A stretch of 64,000 nt of DNA from an uncultured Hormoscilla sp. Its GTDB lineage: Bacteria; Cyanobacteriota; Cyanobacteriia; Cyanobacteriales; Desertifilaceae. Of the stretch, positions 61,757 through 64,000 are shown in pieces. Both the position numbers and the translations under genes were made by a program. Within the stretch, counting starts at the first letter, position 1. The number at the start of each line of letters is the position of its first letter. The stretch spans positions 5,536,001-5,600,000 of the forward strand of contig OZ001293.3 of assembly GCA_963921275.4 (NCBI GenBank), given 5' to 3'. Below the pieces are notes generated by a model. That model had not been told where the DNA came from. It ran no database searches and saw nothing but the letters and a program-made list of their open reading frames with translations.

Positions 61757-61908
61757 CATCTCGCTGTTGGGTTAATCTTGAATTCCTTCACGCAGTCCGA
61801 TCGCGATTTTGCTATGCTTTTCAATCTGTCCCATCACCGGCTTGGCCCACTGAATCACCACTGGGGGCAAACCTGCCAAACGCCCTGCTTCTATGCCATT
61901 GACAATAA

Positions 61909-62650
61909 TTAATCTATGGCATAAACATCTTGGCCCTTGCCGATCGCATACCGGAGAGAATAAGATAAGTTTTTGCTGCACATGGTGGTAAAAATTAGTA
62001 GATTGACAAAGGAGAGCGCAGTAGCAAGGGCGAACATACTGCGATAATCCCATGAAGAAGCAACTAAGCCAAATGCTGGACCTGCGATCGCCATGCCAAA
62101 ATCCAACCCCCCCAGGCACAAACTAAACACGCGCCCCCGTTCGTTAGGGTAGCAGCGGTCTGCGCTCGTGGCAGACATTAGGGGCATAATCATACCAAAC
62201 CCTAACCCAAGTAAAGTGTATGGCATTACCGACGACAATCCACAAAGTTAGCATCCCCGTACAGCAGCAGAGAAATGCTAATAAGTAGCCCTGTGCCACA
62301 CCAAACGCTCAAGGGACCGATTGCTTTTCGACTGCATAAGCTAGCGATCGAACTGGCGGTATAGAACCAGCTGGAATTGAGAGCGACATTTAGATCTTTA
62401 ATAAATAAAGGAACGAAGGTTTCCCGGGCTGCAAAAACCACTCCTACTAAGAACAGCACTAGAGTAGGAATGCCGATGCTCTGACTGTTTAACCTACTCC
62501 AGAATTTGTCCTCTTTCGGCTGCGATGTCCGATTTTTCCGGAACGGTACCTGTTCTGTTTGAGGCACTGATGGTTCTCTGACTTGTAAGCCACAGACTAG
62601 ACTCAATAATCCTAACCCGGAGGTGAAGAGAAATAAAGTCGAATAACCGA
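61909..62650 (-). pseudogene. MFS transporter paralog, 5'-truncated and frameshifted
   Basis: Colinear with the C-terminal half of 57037-58323 and split between two frames. Confidence 0.85.
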
Positions 62651-62844
62651 ATGATAAAGCAAAGCATCGCCCGATCGGGAAAATGAGATAATCACATTTT
62701 GTAAAGGTTGGCTACAATACCCTCGTTGCTAGTTTCGGTCCTAGCAACGATTTTCAGCAGGCAAAGCCTCATAAGAAAACAGGAGGCAGAGCCTCAAGAT
62801 GTTCGTTACCTGTCAGAGGCAGGGAACGAGAAAACTTCTGGCGG

Positions 62845-63864
62845 TTAGGAAGACTGCTGGCCACTACTATCTTCACTACTTTCTTCCGCCGGAGTCAGGC
62901 GATCGCGTAGCGAGAAATCGAGCACCACCTCGAACTCTGATAAAGAGGCTACCGTCACCGATCGCTGGTGAAGCTCCCGCAGCAGAGAAGCATCGTTCAG
63001 TTTATTGATGCGATCGGCTATTTGCTCGGGCACAGAAGAAAATTTCAGAACGAGGATATCGATTATATCCTCTCGACGAGAACGTAGCACTCCCGTTTCC
63101 AGTCCTCGTTCCATTGCATCTTGCGAGCAAGGCATCATTACATACGGCATCTCTTTTTCCTCCAAGAAACGATCCAATTGAAGTTGAAATTCCCGCTCTA
63201 AATTCTCTGGCAATCGCATCATCCAGTAGACTAGCCGTAACAGGTTGCGAATTTTTCGTTCGCTATATCCTACCGACAACAGCCCTTTAGTTACCCTGGT
63301 TTTCCATTCTAAGCGTTTCCGGGCGTCCTGACGCGTGGCCATTGTTTTCAGATGGGCCATCACCATTACTGCAAAAGGATTAGTGCTGTTTTCCAACACA
63401 GACCATTGGTTTTGGTAGTCCAGTAGCTTGACTATAGGATAGGACCTGGATGTGCTGTTTTTCCAAATTGTAGATACAAACTCTTGGGGTCGCCAACTCG
63501 GTCTGTCATCCCCTAATATTACCAAGCTGGCCACTGGCGCATCGTAGCGCAACTCGATGAGGCTGTTGTAAATATGTATCCGTTTGGGGAAGTCTACTTC
63601 GTACTCACTTTGGACTTCTACATGCACTAGCACATTTATCGGAGAACCGTTCTGCCGCCAGATCTTGACTAGGATATCTGCCAAACGCCTGCCCACTTTC
63701 GCCTCGGGAACGATTTTTTGCAGTTCTGTATTCAGAATTTCATAGCCGCGATCCCAGTCTATGTCTGCATAAGCTTCTGGATAAAAAAATTCCATGCAGG
63801 CCGGGAAATAGTCAATCATTGCCTGTTTCCAGGGGCCGTCATAATCCGCCGATAGATTCTCCAT
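62845..63864 (-). CDS. Rpn-family recombination-promoting nuclease / putative transposase-like protein
   Basis: DYDGPWK..FF.P....IDW..ADILVK..HVEVQ..NPFA.MVMAHLK. Confidence 0.8.
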   Translation of the reverse strand: MENLSADYDGPWKQAMIDYFPACMEFFYPEAYADIDWDRGYEILNTELQKIVPEAKVGRRLADILVKIWRQNGSPINVLVHVEVQSEYEVDFPKRIHIYNSLIELRYDAPVASLVILGDDRPSWRPQEFVSTIWKNSTSRSYPIVKLLDYQNQWSVLENSTNPFAVMVMAHLKTMATRQDARKRLEWKTRVTKGLLSVGYSERKIRNLLRLVYWMMRLPENLEREFQLQLDRFLEEKEMPYVMMPCSQDAMERGLETGVLRSRREDIIDILVLKFSSVPEQIADRINKLNDASLLRELHQRSVTVASLSEFEVVLDFSLRDRLTPAEESSEDSSGQQSS

Positions 63865-64000
63865 TTTTATTCTACACCTTTCCTCTCCAACTAGATCGCG
63901 GTTGGGTAACGTTGCGGAAACCCAACCTACATTTCTCGTTCCCAGGTGGAACCTGGGAACGACATGGGGAGGCTCTGCCTCCTATTTTACCATTGGGTAA

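Overview
This window comes from a filamentous (Oscillatoriales-like) cyanobacterium: HIP1 GCGATCGC is abundant, and heptamer STRR tracts and Uma2/Rpn-type gene families are present. The genome appears to be decaying, with many nonsense or frameshift pseudogenes. Core genes include ilvB, a 5'-nucleotidase, PhzF, 5-oxoprolinase, thiO, murJ, moaC, tRNA-Arg(ACG), gltB and an osmoprotectant ABC cluster. Two restriction-modification pairs, a TcmP/DUF5131 pair and a dead IS701 lie among them. Four things stand out. (1) Five complete ORF-less group II introns in two families, plus a truncated third type. Their EBS/IBS pairings are readable, and host reading frames show that the inserted unit extends past the canonical AY 3' end. 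One copy interrupts gltB in the sense orientation. (2) A 15-nt element, ACCGTTCCGGAAAAA, occurs 12 times immediately 5' of TCRG with no target duplication, including in frame inside intact genes. It is nested within other tiny palindromic repeats. (3) A remnant biosynthetic cluster: AlkB-like di-iron enzyme, SDR, sulfotransferase and an HxA-type Fe/2OG halogenase. (4) Two tandem arrays built on 21-bp units lie upstream of accessory genes. All calls come from reading the sequence by eye; no searches were run.
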